DNA of 53,753 bases, the filler included, from Jimgerdemannia flammicorona (taxonomy: Eukaryota): NCBI GenBank assembly GCA_003990765.1. It is 3 parts of 3 records of this genome, joined end to end, with 100 filler letters (N's around TTAATTAATTAA, not from the genome) between each part and the next. Parts side by side here need not be neighbours in the genome. Positions count along the whole stretch, not along the records: positions 1 to 17,854 come from RBNJ01002383.1; positions 17,955 to 35,806 come from RBNJ01002384.1; 1 more part is not named here. One strand, given 5' to 3'. Positions 13,501-26,035 of this stretch are shown piece after piece. Under the pieces are notes generated by a model. That model was not told the DNA's origin and did no database searches. It saw only the letters and a list, made by a program, of their open reading frames with translations. A program made the position numbers and the translations under genes. Each line of letters begins with the position of its first letter. Within the stretch, counting starts at the first letter, position 1.

Positions 13501-15460
13501 GTTTGAATAACTCCAAATGCCCTTTGGACTTTGCAATATACCTCCCACTTTTCAGAGGATGATAAATTCGGTCTATATCCCCCTGATCCACCACTGCCTG
13601 ATTGTATACATGGATGATTCCAATATCTATTCAGCAAATTTCAAAGAACACCTATACCACCTGGAGGAATTCTTCAAGCTCACCCACAAAAACCACTTGA
13701 GACTGAATGCAAAGAAATGCTACTTTGAGAAACAGAAACTCAAATTCCTTAGATTCATAGTTTCAAAAGAAGAAACTCATACAGACCCAAAGAAAACTGA
13801 GAAGATCAACAATTGGCCAGTACCCAAGACTCCAAAGGAAACACTATCATTCTTGATGCTAGTATCCTACTACAGAAGGTTTATCAAGGATTTTACCCAA
13901 ATCGCTGCCCCAATCTGAATCCTTCTCAAGAAAGGAACACCATTCAAATGGACAGAATCACAGGAAAAAGCCTTCAGAGAACTCAAGAACTGCATGACTA
14001 CAGCACCAATCCTTATGCACTCCAATCTACAGAAGCCATTCATCTTATATACAGATGCTTCCAAAGATGGCCTAGGAGCAGTTCTAGCCCAAGAAGGACC
14101 TGACCAACAGTACTATGTGATAGCTTATGTAAGCAGAGCTACCAATCAGCAGCAGATGAACTATGGTAGCACCAAACTGGAATGTCTTGCAGTCATATGG
14201 GTGGTCACCCTGTTCAAGCATTACCTTATTGGAAAAAGGTTCACCCTGATCATAGACCATGCAGCCCTCAAATGGCTATTCAACTACAAGGAACCTGCTG
14301 GAATCCTAGCCTGCTAGATTCTTATCCTTCAGGATTACAAAATCACCATTATTTACAAAGCAGGGAAAGCCCACAACAATGTTGATGTACTTTCCTGCCA
14401 GCTCCAATGAACCAGAAGAAGGGTGTCCTGAGAAACTACACCCTAAAAGGAGTTCCTCAGACCATCAAAGAACAAGAAGATCTCATCCAACAAGAACATC
14501 AGAAAGCCCACCAAGGAAAGACATGCATAGAAGACAAGATTTGAAAACAATATCAACATTGGCCCCACCTCAGAACCCAAGTCTGAAACATCATTCAGAA
14601 ATGTGTCATCTGCCAGAAGTACCAAGGAAAGAAGAACTACCAAGCCCCTCTGCAACTGATTCCCCCACCCACTCACATCTTTCAGAGATAGAGAGTAGAT
14701 GTAATTGGACCTCTACCAGTTACACCAAGAAGAAACAAATATATTCTTGTATTTGTGGAACATCTGACCAAGTGGCCCAAGGCTTTCTCAATGGAAATCA
14801 CAGATGTCTTAACCATTGTAGGCCTCCTCTATAAACTCACACTCAGACATGGACCCCCAGAAGAACTCATCTCTGACTGAGGCATGGAATTCATCAATAA
14901 CATAATCACAAGTTATGCCCAAATTCACAAGATCTACCTCAAAAGGACCACATCATATCACTCCCAGACCAATGGCATAATAGAGAGAATGAACCAGACC
15001 ATCAAGAAGGAAATTGCCCAAGTCAATCCTACTAATTGGAACCTCTGTTTACCTGAGATCCTATGGGAAATTTGGAACACCTCTGCTGCCTCCACTAAAT
15101 AAAAGCCATTTGAAATGATGTTTGCTAAGAGAACCAGAACTGCTGACTATGAGAATCTTAGAGACCTCCTCAAGAAGGCAGAACAGTTATATAATCAAGC
15201 CCAAGGACAGATTATCAAAGCCCAAGAAAGACAAAAGAAGTACTATAACCAAAAACAGAAGGATCAGAAGATCAAGATTGGAGATCAAGTACTAGTTTGG
15301 AGAAGCATGATTGAAACAAATTTTGCTACCAAACTGGAACCCAAATGGGAAGGACCTTATCTTGTATACAATATCAGAGGAACTAGCATCTATTTAAAAA
15401 GTATGGATAGATGAACCCTGAGAACACCAGTACACATCAATTGTCTCAAACTATATCTCC
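10531..15460 (+). pseudogene. pol: Ty3 A pol: aspartic protease, dUTPase, RT, RNase H, integrase
   Basis: ILIDTGA near 10560; SPWASP and MPFGLCN; YMDD at 13607-13618; LYTDASKDGLGAVL; DVIGPLP; YHSQTNGIIERMN; KLEPKWEGPY. Confidence 0.92.
12184..12590 (+). pseudogene. dut: Trimeric dUTPase domain in Ty3 A pol
   Basis: NVGYNL (motif I), SRSRLA (II), IIDSGYTG (III), QKIAQ (IV), RQAKGFGSSD (V). Confidence 0.9.
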
Positions 15461-15470
15461 CTTCTACACC

Positions 15471-15982
15471 ATGAGCCAAAGAATTGATCAGCACCTCCAA
15501 ACATTGGTCCTCAGCTCCTTCCAAGCCCTACCAGTTCCTCTACCCCAATTCGGCCAAGCTAATGGAAGCCCCCTTCAGAGGATCCAAGCTCATCAAGAAA
15601 ATCTCACCTTGGCCAGATGCCTACTACAAGTCCATCAACTGCAGACCTATTATGCAATCAGTAAACAATTGCAGAATCTCCCAGCCCCAGAGCAGACCTA
15701 CATCAGGAATACCACAGGTCTGACCAGAAGAGACACTACTGCTGCAGACAGACTATACACTATTTACAAATAAAATGTCACAGCCCTGATATAGGCACAA
15801 TTCTCCCTGAATGATATTCAAGGAATGAACTCTGTTACCTATTTGAGCTCATCAACTCTGTTGAAATCCTATTCCCTGAAGAAGAAGAGCCCATAGAATG
15901 GAGTGACCCTAGTATAGATAATGAAGATGATGGAACAGGTATAGATACAGAAGCAGCCTATACTTATTGAGATGATGACTGA
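15471..15982 (+). pseudogene. Accessory ORF3 between integrase and PPT, unknown function
   Basis: MSQRIDQHLQ...QLQTYYAISKQL...AADRLYTIYK with an acidic tail. Resembles the ORFs in the LTRs at 28848-29804 and 36708-37472. Confidence 0.6.
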
Positions 15983-16021
15983 AGAATAGTCTGGGACAGA
16001 CTACCCTTCAGTGGGGGCTGA

Positions 16022-17230
16022 TGTGACAAACCAAAATGTATCACCTGAATTATACCTTAACCAGATAACATGAACACACAGCATAGTAACTAGCAACCAT
16101 TACTGCAGAAAACTATATAAATAGCCAGATATACCAGAAAGAGTCTGTTTATCTGTACAGACTCTATACACTGTACAGACTCTGTATACTATATAGGTCT
16201 TGTATACCATACAGACTCTGTACACCTGCCATAAGTAGCAGATCTATAGTTAGCCACATAGTAACCAGATAGCAACCAACTTGTATAAATTACTCCAGAG
16301 ACAAGAGTGAATAAACCTCAGTCTGAAATTGAAGCAAAAGATAAGTCTGCCTACCACACTTCGAGAGGAACTCTACAGCCACTGTTAGGAGATTGTGCCC
16401 ACTCCAGTCCACTTTCCAATACAAAGAACAAGTCTGTTTTGAAGAGAAACCCTTAGTTCACTTGCTAGATAAGCCTGAAGAATCCCAGTTTGCCACCAAG
16501 TTTAAGGAAGAACTTCGCCGCCATTTCCCAGCTATCCACCATATCCCCAGAAGAGCCTGCCTTTCTTGCCACAAGTCAGTCTTTCTGATGCAACTTCACA
16601 GTAGAGCCAGTCTACAATGTAACCCTACATAAATGAAGCCAGTCTTTGATGTAACTTACCAAGAATCCAAGTTATTTCCCAGAAAATCTGCAACATCTAA
16701 GTTATTTGAATTATCCATGCTATCTGAATAAGTATTCCCAGTTGAAGCCGATTTAGAAGAATCTACATCATCCAAGTTATCTATATCATCCGAGTTATTC
16801 GTTATTCCCAGTGAGCCCAAGTTATTAAGTTATCTATTGCCAGCATTATTCCCAATAAGGCAAATCTACATGATACAATTCCTAGTGAGCCAAATCAAGT
16901 TATCTGCCAAAATTATCAGAATGTCCTGCATAAGGAACCCATTTGTGCTACACAGAGATTGAAATGCAGAAATTGCATAAGGAGAACTACTAAATTGCCA
17001 GACCATCATACTATATAAATTCTGCCATTCCCAGTTGACCCAAGAAGGAAACCCATTCACACATAAATCACCACTACACCCAGAGAACCATCCCAATAAG
17101 GAAATCACTTGCAGATATCCAGCTTTGACTATTATACCACTAAACACCAAGGACCTCAGAAATCTTAGAACATTTTGTTGCTTTTTGACAAAGTAACTGA
17201 GGGCTCAAGCCAAACTACATCAACCCTCAA
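16022..17230 (+). repeat. 3' LTR of Ty3 A, last ~40 bp missing
   Basis: PPT AGTGGGGGCTGA then TGTGACAAACC. The match to the 5' LTR stops at CAACCCTCAA. Confidence 0.9.
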
Positions 17231-17854
17231 TAATTACTATCTAATTACTATATGGCTAATTATATAGATTGGTATAGTAAAGCAGTCTTGGTTACCTAGT
17301 ATACTAGATATAGTATATGGCTAATTTATGATTTCAGTAGTATAATTCTGCTGCTCATCACATCAGCCCCTACTAAAGGATAGTCTGTCCTTAGACTATC
17401 CTTTAGTCATCATTCTAATATACATAAGCATCTTCAGTATTAATATCTGAACTATTATCTTTATTTGGTTATAAATTACTCTATTTAATAGGTTTTTCTT
17501 CTTTCTTTGGAAATAGGATTTCAATATAGTTGATAATACTCAAGTAGATAGTGAGATTCATTTCTTTTCAAATATCTTTAGATAATAGAGTATTCTATAG
17601 AATTTCTGCTAGATAGATATTCTGTATTTATACTGTGGTAATATAATAGGTTGTATGGCAGATTGCCATAATTAGAGATAAAGATATCTTGATATTTGTT
17701 AAGAGATTTTACTAATTATTACTATTGCTGAGATGTCAATTTCTCTCCAATATTGGTGGAAGGCTTTACTGTCTCCTTGATTACAGAGGGATCTTTTCTT
17801 TCTTTTGAGATATTTTTCCATTTCCTGATAAGTTTAGCTCATAGACTTCTCTTT
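17231..17854 (-). mobile_element. Remainder of the older minus-strand Ty3 A copy (LTR start to 17362, PPT, ORF3 and RT fragments)
   Basis: 17358-17420 is the reverse complement of ~15970-16025, and 17600-17854 matches ~12915-13150. Confidence 0.8.
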
Positions 17855-17954
17855 NNNNNNNNNNNNNNNNNNNNNNNNNNNNNNNNNNNNNNNNNNNNTT
17901 AATTAATTAANNNNNNNNNNNNNNNNNNNNNNNNNNNNNNNNNNNNNNNNNNNN
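17855..17954. other. Assembly gap with artificial linker
   Basis: 100 bp of N with a central TTAATTAATTAA. Confidence 0.95.
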
Positions 17955-17957
17955 CCC

Positions 17958-20900
17958 TTTTTTTTTTTTTTAAAAGTCACTTGAACTCCTTTATTCCACT
18001 AGTCTATATTAATTAAACTACACATTTATCTTACTAACTACCTATTCCACACTATAAGTATGAAATAAACCTAACAGATCCTATCAACCCACCCCAATTT
18101 TCCACTGCACCCCACTCTCACCTAGTACCAAATAACCCTGACTCCCCAATACAATGTCTTGTACCTTCTTTACTGCCCCCAACTCCTGCTGCCTCCCCTG
18201 GTACTACCAACCCTGTACTACCTCTCTCATAAGCCAGCACCATCACTCCACCAGGTCCCCAATTCCCACCCAACATTCACCTTCAAAGACCCATCACCAG
18301 TATGCTGCCATTAAGACCCACACACCCAAGATCTGCCCAACACCTCCCCAAATGTCCCCAACCTCTCCCACCAGTCTCCTCTGGGTAACTACACTGACAG
18401 AATCTCCTGGCCTCCTTCTATCAGAACCCCAATATTCCTCCAACATCTGCCAATAATTCTCTACTCCTGGGTAGGCCTCTATGATATACTCCAGGGTCTG
18501 AACTACTTCTCTAGAGATTTTGAAACACCATTCACAATCTCTGCATCCATTATCCACTATCTATCCCATCTGATAGTTCAATATTACATTACTTCTCAGA
18601 AACTGCCACCAAACTACTCAATATCTAGGAGGTACTACCTTATTCAAAGTAGCCACCCATCTCCAAATTCAACCCCATTCCCACATCTTGCCAATGTCAG
18701 CTGTCTGCCATCCTACTGGCCACTGCTCAAGAGGGCCTGATCTGGTCCATTCCATAGCCTCCACCAGAGAATAGTCCTTCAGCTCCTTCCCTCTTACCCT
18801 GAGTAGTCTAAGTTGCTACCATCACTGCTTGGGGTCAGCCCTCTCCCCTATTGCCTCTATCTCCAGCCATGTTAGTCCTATTATAAGCCAGGTCTCAACA
18901 ATGTTCCACCAGAACCCTTTGAACTGTATCCTCCCACCAATCCAACTTGAAGTAGCCCTCACAAATCCTTCCTTTCCACACTCTGGAGGCAGAATCTGAT
19001 CTCCCAATTGTCTATTGCCAATCTGCCCCAGCTTTCTTCCTCTAACTCTACTAATCGGTGACCCCACCAGCTCCTAAGTGCCTTCAACCTTTGCCTAAAG
19101 TCTACCAACCCCAAACCTCTATCAGTAATCAGTAGCACCAATACTTCTCATCCAATCTGTGGCTGTCTACTCCTCCAGAGCCATCCTTCAATAGTCTTTT
19201 TGAGCTGCTGCACTACCTACCTATGGAAATCTAAGTGGTAACCCAGATACCACAACTTCAGCAGCCAGTACACATTCAGGACTACCACTCTCCCCACCAG
19301 AGAGAAGTTTCGACCAGCCCAGCCTGTCAGCATACCTTCCCATTTCTGTACCATTGAACTCCACTACTCTCTTGGCAAAACCATCCCAAACACTGAAAAC
19401 CATATCTCTAAGTACCATACTGCCTCTCCTGTAGGCACTACTCAGCCAAACCCTGCTATCCCTAAGCCTGTACCAATCTCTAAGGTTTCATACTTTCCCT
19501 AATTCAACTTTGCACCTACCAACTCCTCATACTGTTCTATTCCTTCTCTTAAAATGTCCACATCTGCCACACTGCCTAGCCCCACCACCATGTCATCTGT
19601 AAAGGCTCCTAGCTTCCAAATGACCTCACTCATTCGCAATTCATTCAGCTGTCCTCTTAGCCAGGCCAATACCAGTTCCAGCAAGAGAATGTAAAGAAGT
19701 GGAGAAAGAGGATCATCTTGCAGAACCCCTCTTCCTAAGGCAAACTCTGGACTACTCCAGCCATTCATCAGCACTGCCCCTCAACAGCCTCGCATCAGTC
19801 CCATCATTCTTCCAACTTCTCCAAGATCAAACCCTACTTTCAGGAGTATCACCTCTAGATAATGTCACTGCACCCTATTATATGCCTTTTCCTGATCTAA
19901 GAAAACTATCCTCCCATTGACCTGCTGACTTCTACAGCCTTCTAAGATATTTTGCACCCAGACAGTACTGTCTCTGATCTGCTGACCCTTTACAAAGCCC
20001 CTCTACTCCTCCTCTATCAGTCTTCCAATCCACTGCTGCAATCTTCCTGCCAGGATTTTGGAGACTAGCTTCCTATCCACATTCAACTGCATGATTGGCC
20101 ACCGGTTATACCACTCCCTCCTATCACCTTTCTTCTCATACAGCAGAGACACCAGTCCTAAGCTTCCATTTCCAATCCACCATCCTTCTTCCAGCACATA
20201 ATTAACTATTTCAACAAGCCAAGCTCCAAATTCCACCTGAAACTCCTTCCAAAACTCCCAAAGGAGTCCATTCTCATCTGGTGATAAACCACCAGGTACT
20301 TTCTGCAGAACCTCCAACACCTTCTCCAAAGATACTCTGTCTAATACTAAAGCCCCTATCTCTGGCAGTGGCACTACTGGCCAGTCACATACAAGAGATA
20401 TCTCAGCAACATCCTCTACCCCAGTACCTCCTCTCCCATCATCATCACTCCAGAGGGTCCACCATTGTCCAGAAACCTCCTCCAACATATCCATGACACT
20501 GGTAACCTCAACACCATCTTCTTGTAATACTGAAGATCAGCTGTGTTGAACTTTTCTTACCTTTAAGATACCAGATAAGTATTTCATCAGTTGCTCACCC
20601 TCTTCTAGTCACCTAGCCCTCAGGCATGCCAGGAGCCCATCTATAACTCTATCCTCAGCCTCCCTCAAAGCTAACTATAAGTCAACTACCTCTCTAGCAA
20701 GCTGATGCTTCTTCTCTACTACTAGTGAACCATCCTCCAATACCTTCAGTTATCACTACAATCCTCTTTTGACTCCTCTTTCCTTGTCCTTTTGCTCCTT
20801 TCCCACCACCTCTCCAGTGTCTTGCCAATATGCACCTACAAGGTGTTTAAACTTATTCTACCAATCAGCAATAGACAGACCACCAGCCACCCATTGCTCA

Positions 20901-21616
20901 ACTTCCTGCCTGGCCAAGTATACAAATTGCTCCTATTCCACCGGGCACTGAAGTAAGGCTACATTAAGGTGCTAGCACCCACCTCTTCCATGAATAGCCT
21001 GGATCTTCTACACACCTCAACTCCCCAATAGTCTAACCATGGGCACCACTATACCCCAACTGTGTCAAAAACATTACCCCAATATTTAGCTACCAGTATC
21101 CAATCAATCCACATTCCAACCATCCCATTGTCTATCAAATATTACCTAGTAAAGGGTCTTGACTCATCTCCTACCCTCAATTATACACCATCCACCAATC
21201 CCATGCCCTTTTCCACCTGAAGCCACTGAGACAGCCCTAGAGAAACTGTTACACTAGCTCCACCATCAGACCAATCCAGCACACAGTTGCTTATCATATT
21301 GAAATCATTCCCCAGAATGTCTAACCCTAGAGCTACCCAATTCCCCCAAGCCAGCCACTCCTCCACCCATTGCTTTCACTCTCTGCCAACTGCTGGCAGA
21401 TACACAGAGCCCACCAAGAGTCTATCTCCTTGTCCTCTCTTCAGCCTTTCCCATACCAGATGATCACCAAATCTTTCCACATCAACTATCTCCCTCTTTC
21501 CAACCCCAACAAGAATACCAACTTGCTTACTCCAGCCAGTATCTCCAAACTATTCCTTACTCCATGACTCATAGTCCTCCTTGCCATAGGTCCAAATATT
21601 CTGAAGAAATACCACA
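17958..21616 (-). mobile_element. L1/Tx1-like LINE copy 1 (decayed ORF2: APE, RT, zinc finger)
   Basis: Poly(T) at 17958-17971. GVLQDDPLSPLL, AFTDD, RWPIMQLNVDRK and ILGNDFN motifs. Cut inside the endonuclease by the next poly(T). Confidence 0.9.
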
Positions 21617-24600
21617 TTTTTTTTTTTTTTTTTTTTTTATAGTCACTTGGACTCCTTTATTACCCAGTAGTCTAATACAACAATAATCCTATCCAACAGC
21701 TACTATATATCCAAGGTACAAAGCAGGGCCTATCAGCCCACACCTTCTCTCTACTACACCACTCTGTCATCTAGCACTAGGTAATTATAACTCCTCTGCA
21801 CAATGTCCTGTACCTTTCTCATGGCTCCTAACTGGTGCCTCTTCTCCTGAAACCACCACCCTTGCACCACTTCCAGAAGTAACCATCTCTACTGCTCCAT
21901 CAATTCACCAATTCCCATCCAGAGAATACCCATCACCAGTGCACTGCCATCAGGACCCAGATGCTAAGAATATGACCCAAGCCCCCCCCACACATCTCTG
22001 ATCTCTCCCACTAGTCTCCATTTGATCACTGGCCCAGAGGTGCCCCCTGGTTGCCCACCTTTATGACCCCAATATCCATCCAATACCTGCCAATATCCTT
22101 CAACCCCTGGACATGCCACTAATATATGTTCTAGTGTCTGCACCATACCACCATCTACCTCACAACATCATTCACACTCTCTGATACCTTCTGCATCCAT
22201 CTATTTTGTCCTGTACCCCAACATTACATTTCTCCTCAAGAATCTCCACTATACTATTCAGAACTTAGGTGGAACTATCTTGAGCAAGGTATCCCCCCAT
22301 TGCCATATCTGACCCCACTCTCAATCTTCACCAAACCCAGCCTTCTGTCAACCTACTGGCCATCTCTCCAGTGGACCTGTTCTGATCCATTCCATTGCAC
22401 CAGACAGAGAGTATTCTGGCAACTGGTGGCCACTAATATGAAGGTCTCCTAGGTGTCACCATTTCTGCTCTGGGTCTTCCTCATCACCTGGCTCTGAGCT
22501 AGTAAGCCCCATTGCCAACCAGACCTCTACAATACCCTACCAGAACCCCTTATACCACAATCTGCTGACTCTATCCACCTGAAGCAGCCCCCATATATCC
22601 TTCTTAGCCTCACCCCAGGGACAGAACCTGACCTCCCAATTGTCCATGGCCAGTCTGCCCCAACCATTGATACCTAATTCTACAAATCAACACCCCCACC
22701 ATCCTCAAAGCACCTTTAACTACCACCAAAAGTCCACCAACCCCAAACCACCATCCAATGTCCACACTACTACTGTCTCCTAACTAATCTGTGGTCACCT
22801 TCCTTGCCATAGCCATCCTTCCACCACCTTCTTCAAGTGCTTTATCACCCAATCTGGGAAGTCCAAGGGGTACCCAAGATACTACAGCTTAGGCAACCAG
22901 TATACATTCAGTACTACAACTCTTCCAACTAAGAAGAAGTCCCTTCCTGACCATCCTGTCAGAGCACTCACCCACTTCTATATCATACCACACCACCACT
23001 CCTTTGGCAACACCATTCCCTAAACTGAAAACCAGATACCTAGATATTGGACTGCCTCTCTTATACCAACTATTCATTCAAACTGTCTATTTTCTCCAAG
23101 CCCAGTCCTAAGTTCCATGGTCTCACACTTGCCTCAATTCAGTTTCACTCCTGCCAGTCTCTCATATTGTCCAACCCCTTCTTGCAGACTTTCAATATCC
23201 TCCATACAGCCCAACCCAATCACCATATCATCTGCAAAGGCCCTCAACTTCTAGACCACCTCTTCTATCTACAATCTCATCAGCCTCCCCTTCAGCCACA
23301 CCAACAAAGGCTCCAAGGATAAGATATAGAGCAGGGATGAGAGCAGATCCCTCTGTGGTACACCTCTCCCCAAGGTAAACTCTGGGCCACACCACCCATT
23401 CATCAGTACAGCTGCTCAACATCCTCATATCAGACCTATCAAGCTTCTAGCCTCCACCATACTGAACCCTACTTTCTGTAGTACTGCCTCCAAGTAGTTC
23501 TACCTTACTCTATCATATGCCTTTTCTTAATCTAGAAAGACCATCCGCCCATCTATTTGTTGACTTCTGCAGTCTTCCAGAACATTTGGCACCTAGGCTG
23601 TACTATCCCGAATCTGCCTCCCCTTAATAAAACCTCACTGGTCTTCACCCACTAATTGGCCCATCCACCACTGCATTCTTTCCACCAAAATTTTGGACAC
23701 CAACTTCCTATCTACATTCAGTAACATGATCAGCTGCCAGTTTATAGATATGTCTGTCTCCCTTCTCTTTATATAATAAGGAGACCAACCCTAAGGAGCT
23801 ATTACTGATCCAACAACCTTCTCTCAAAACAAAGTTCACCATCTCAACTAGCTATTCACCAAACTCAGCTCAGAATTCCCTCCAGAACTCCGAAGGCAGG
23901 CCATCCTCCCCAGGTGATGAGCCAGTCTGTACATTCCTCAATACCTCCAATACCTCCTTAAGGACCACTGTGCCCATTACTGTTCTACCCATCTCAGGCA
24001 CCACTACTACCAGCCAGCTGTCAACCAAGTTGTCACCATTCCTCTGTAGGACCTCACTCTCTGCTTACCCACCCTCATCCTGCTACAAAGTATGCTACTG
24101 GCCAGATATCTCCTCAAGTATACCAGTAATGTCAGTAACCTCAATCCCATCCTCCCACAAGACTGATGCTCAGCTGTACTGCACTCTCCTGGCTTTCAAG
24201 ATTCCTGATAAATATTTAGTGGGCTGCTCTCTTTCCTCCAAGCAACTTTCCCACAATCTCGCCAGTAGACTATCTATCACTCTATCTTCAGCTGCCCTCA
24301 AATCTAACTTCAGCTCAGCCACCTCTTTGGTCAGCTGGCAGCATCACTCTCCTGATAATTTTACTCCTTCCATTAGCCTCAGCCACTATTGGAGACCCCG
24401 CTCTACTCTCCTCTCTCTATCTCTCTGCTCTCTCCTAGCCACCTCACCAATATCATGCCAGTAAGCACCTGCCAAATGTTTAAATTTATCCCACCACTGC
24501 CCTATCAGCTGTTCACTGTTCTTCCACCACAATACATCCTGCCTTGCAATTATCACAAACTGTTCCCACCCTGCCTGCCTTTTGAGTAGAGCCACATTAA

Positions 24601-25821
24601 GTCTCCAGCAACCTCCACCTCTACCTATTGCCTGAAATCTCCCTTGCACCTTGACTCCCCAGTGATCTGACCAAAGATACCACTATACTGCTACTGAATC
24701 CAGTATATTACCCCAACATTCTACAACCAGAATCCAATCAATTCTTGTTTCAACCAAGTCCTCACCAACTGAATGCCATCTAGTAAAGGGCCCTGGTCTC
24801 TCCCTCTGATGTTGCCATACCCCATCAACTAAACCCATATCCTGCTCAACCTGAAGCCATCACAAGAGTCCAGCTGATACTGCTACATCCACTCCACCAT
24901 CAGATCTATCTAGTGTCATATCATGCACTATATTGAAATTCTCCCCCAAAATGTCCAGCCCAATCTCTTCTTAGCCTTCCCAAGCCAGCCAGCCCTCTAC
25001 CCATTGGTTTTGCTCTCTGCCAACTGCTAGTAAGTAAGCAGAGCCTACAGTAAGTCCATTGCCAGCTCCTTTTTTTAGTCTCCTCCAAACCAATCAATTA
25101 CCATAGACTGTAGTCTCCACCAAATCACCTTTTCCTAAACCAATCAAGATCCCCACCTGCTCATTCCACTCTGCACTGCCATATCATTCCTTACTCCATT
25201 CCATATAATCCTACTCACCATATTCTCAAATATCCTAAAGAAATACTACATCATACCTCCTGTTCTTTAGCCAATAAAATAGCCACCTCCACTTCACTCC
25301 ATCATGTAGACCATTCACATTTAGTGATGATATATGCAGATTGTTCACCATTATTGAAAAGAATATTTAAAGCTCCACCAGAATTGCCACTACCTTCTCA
25401 GCCTGACCATGGATGATTTCCTTTCATTTTTCACAGATAGCTCTCTAGATATGGGAACCATTTATACTACCACAGAAGATATCAACCCTCTCAGATGCTA
25501 CTCTCTAGATATCAGCCATCTGGGCCTCATCTACCTCATGTCCTTCATCATCCAGAAGTGCTGCCACAATTGTCATCACCAGTTTTGACCTCTGCAATAC
25601 AATATTGAGGAATTCTTCTCAAGCCTCCTGAGATCTATTAAACACATCCACTTCCTTGATGTCCTCCTCTATCAGTTCTTCGAGCACTGCCTGATACCAA
25701 TCATCTGCTGTAATCACCAGAGATCCAGGGGTGACAGGCCTTGGAGTCCTACTCAGCTCCTATAGCATATCTCTGTCTACTAATACATCAGAGACTACAT
25801 CTATCAGATCATCTTCCTCAG
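21617..25821 (-). mobile_element. L1/Tx1-like LINE copy 2 (ORF2 and 3' part of ORF1)
   Basis: Poly(T) at 21617-21638. ORF2 starts MVNNLHISSLNVNGL at 25351. Interrupted in ORF1 by the hAT element. Confidence 0.9.
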
Positions 25822-25849
25822 TAGTGCTCTGAACAAATGGAGTTGATCC

Positions 25850-26035
25850 AGATGAGATTCAATTCAGATTCGTCATATGATGGATTTGAATCAACTCGGA
25901 TTGGTCTCGTGATCTGATCCGGATCAATCTGGATTGATCCAGATTGATCCATCCAGATTGATCCATCCAGATGATCCATCCAGATTGATCCATCCAGATT
26001 GACCCATCTGGATTGATCCATCTGGATTGAAATCT
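25850..26035. repeat. hAT left subterminal repeat array
   Basis: Repeated GATCCATCCAGATT-like units. Confidence 0.85.

Larger units (their letters stand above)
7247..17230 (+). mobile_element. Ty3/gypsy LTR retrotransposon A (gag-PR-dUTPase-RT-RH-IN-ORF3), degenerate
   Basis: Two ~1.2-kb direct repeats, a PBS, a PPT and the Ty3 domain order. Many stops and frameshifts. Confidence 0.95.

Noticed and set aside
15471..15982. ORF3 as a retroviral env
   Set aside because: No signal peptide, furin site or transmembrane segment is visible.
17899..17910. Palindrome TTAATTAATTAA (also at 35851-35862)
   Set aside because: Sits inside N runs and has stops in all six frames, so it is an artificial linker. 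Adjacency across the gaps is not trusted.
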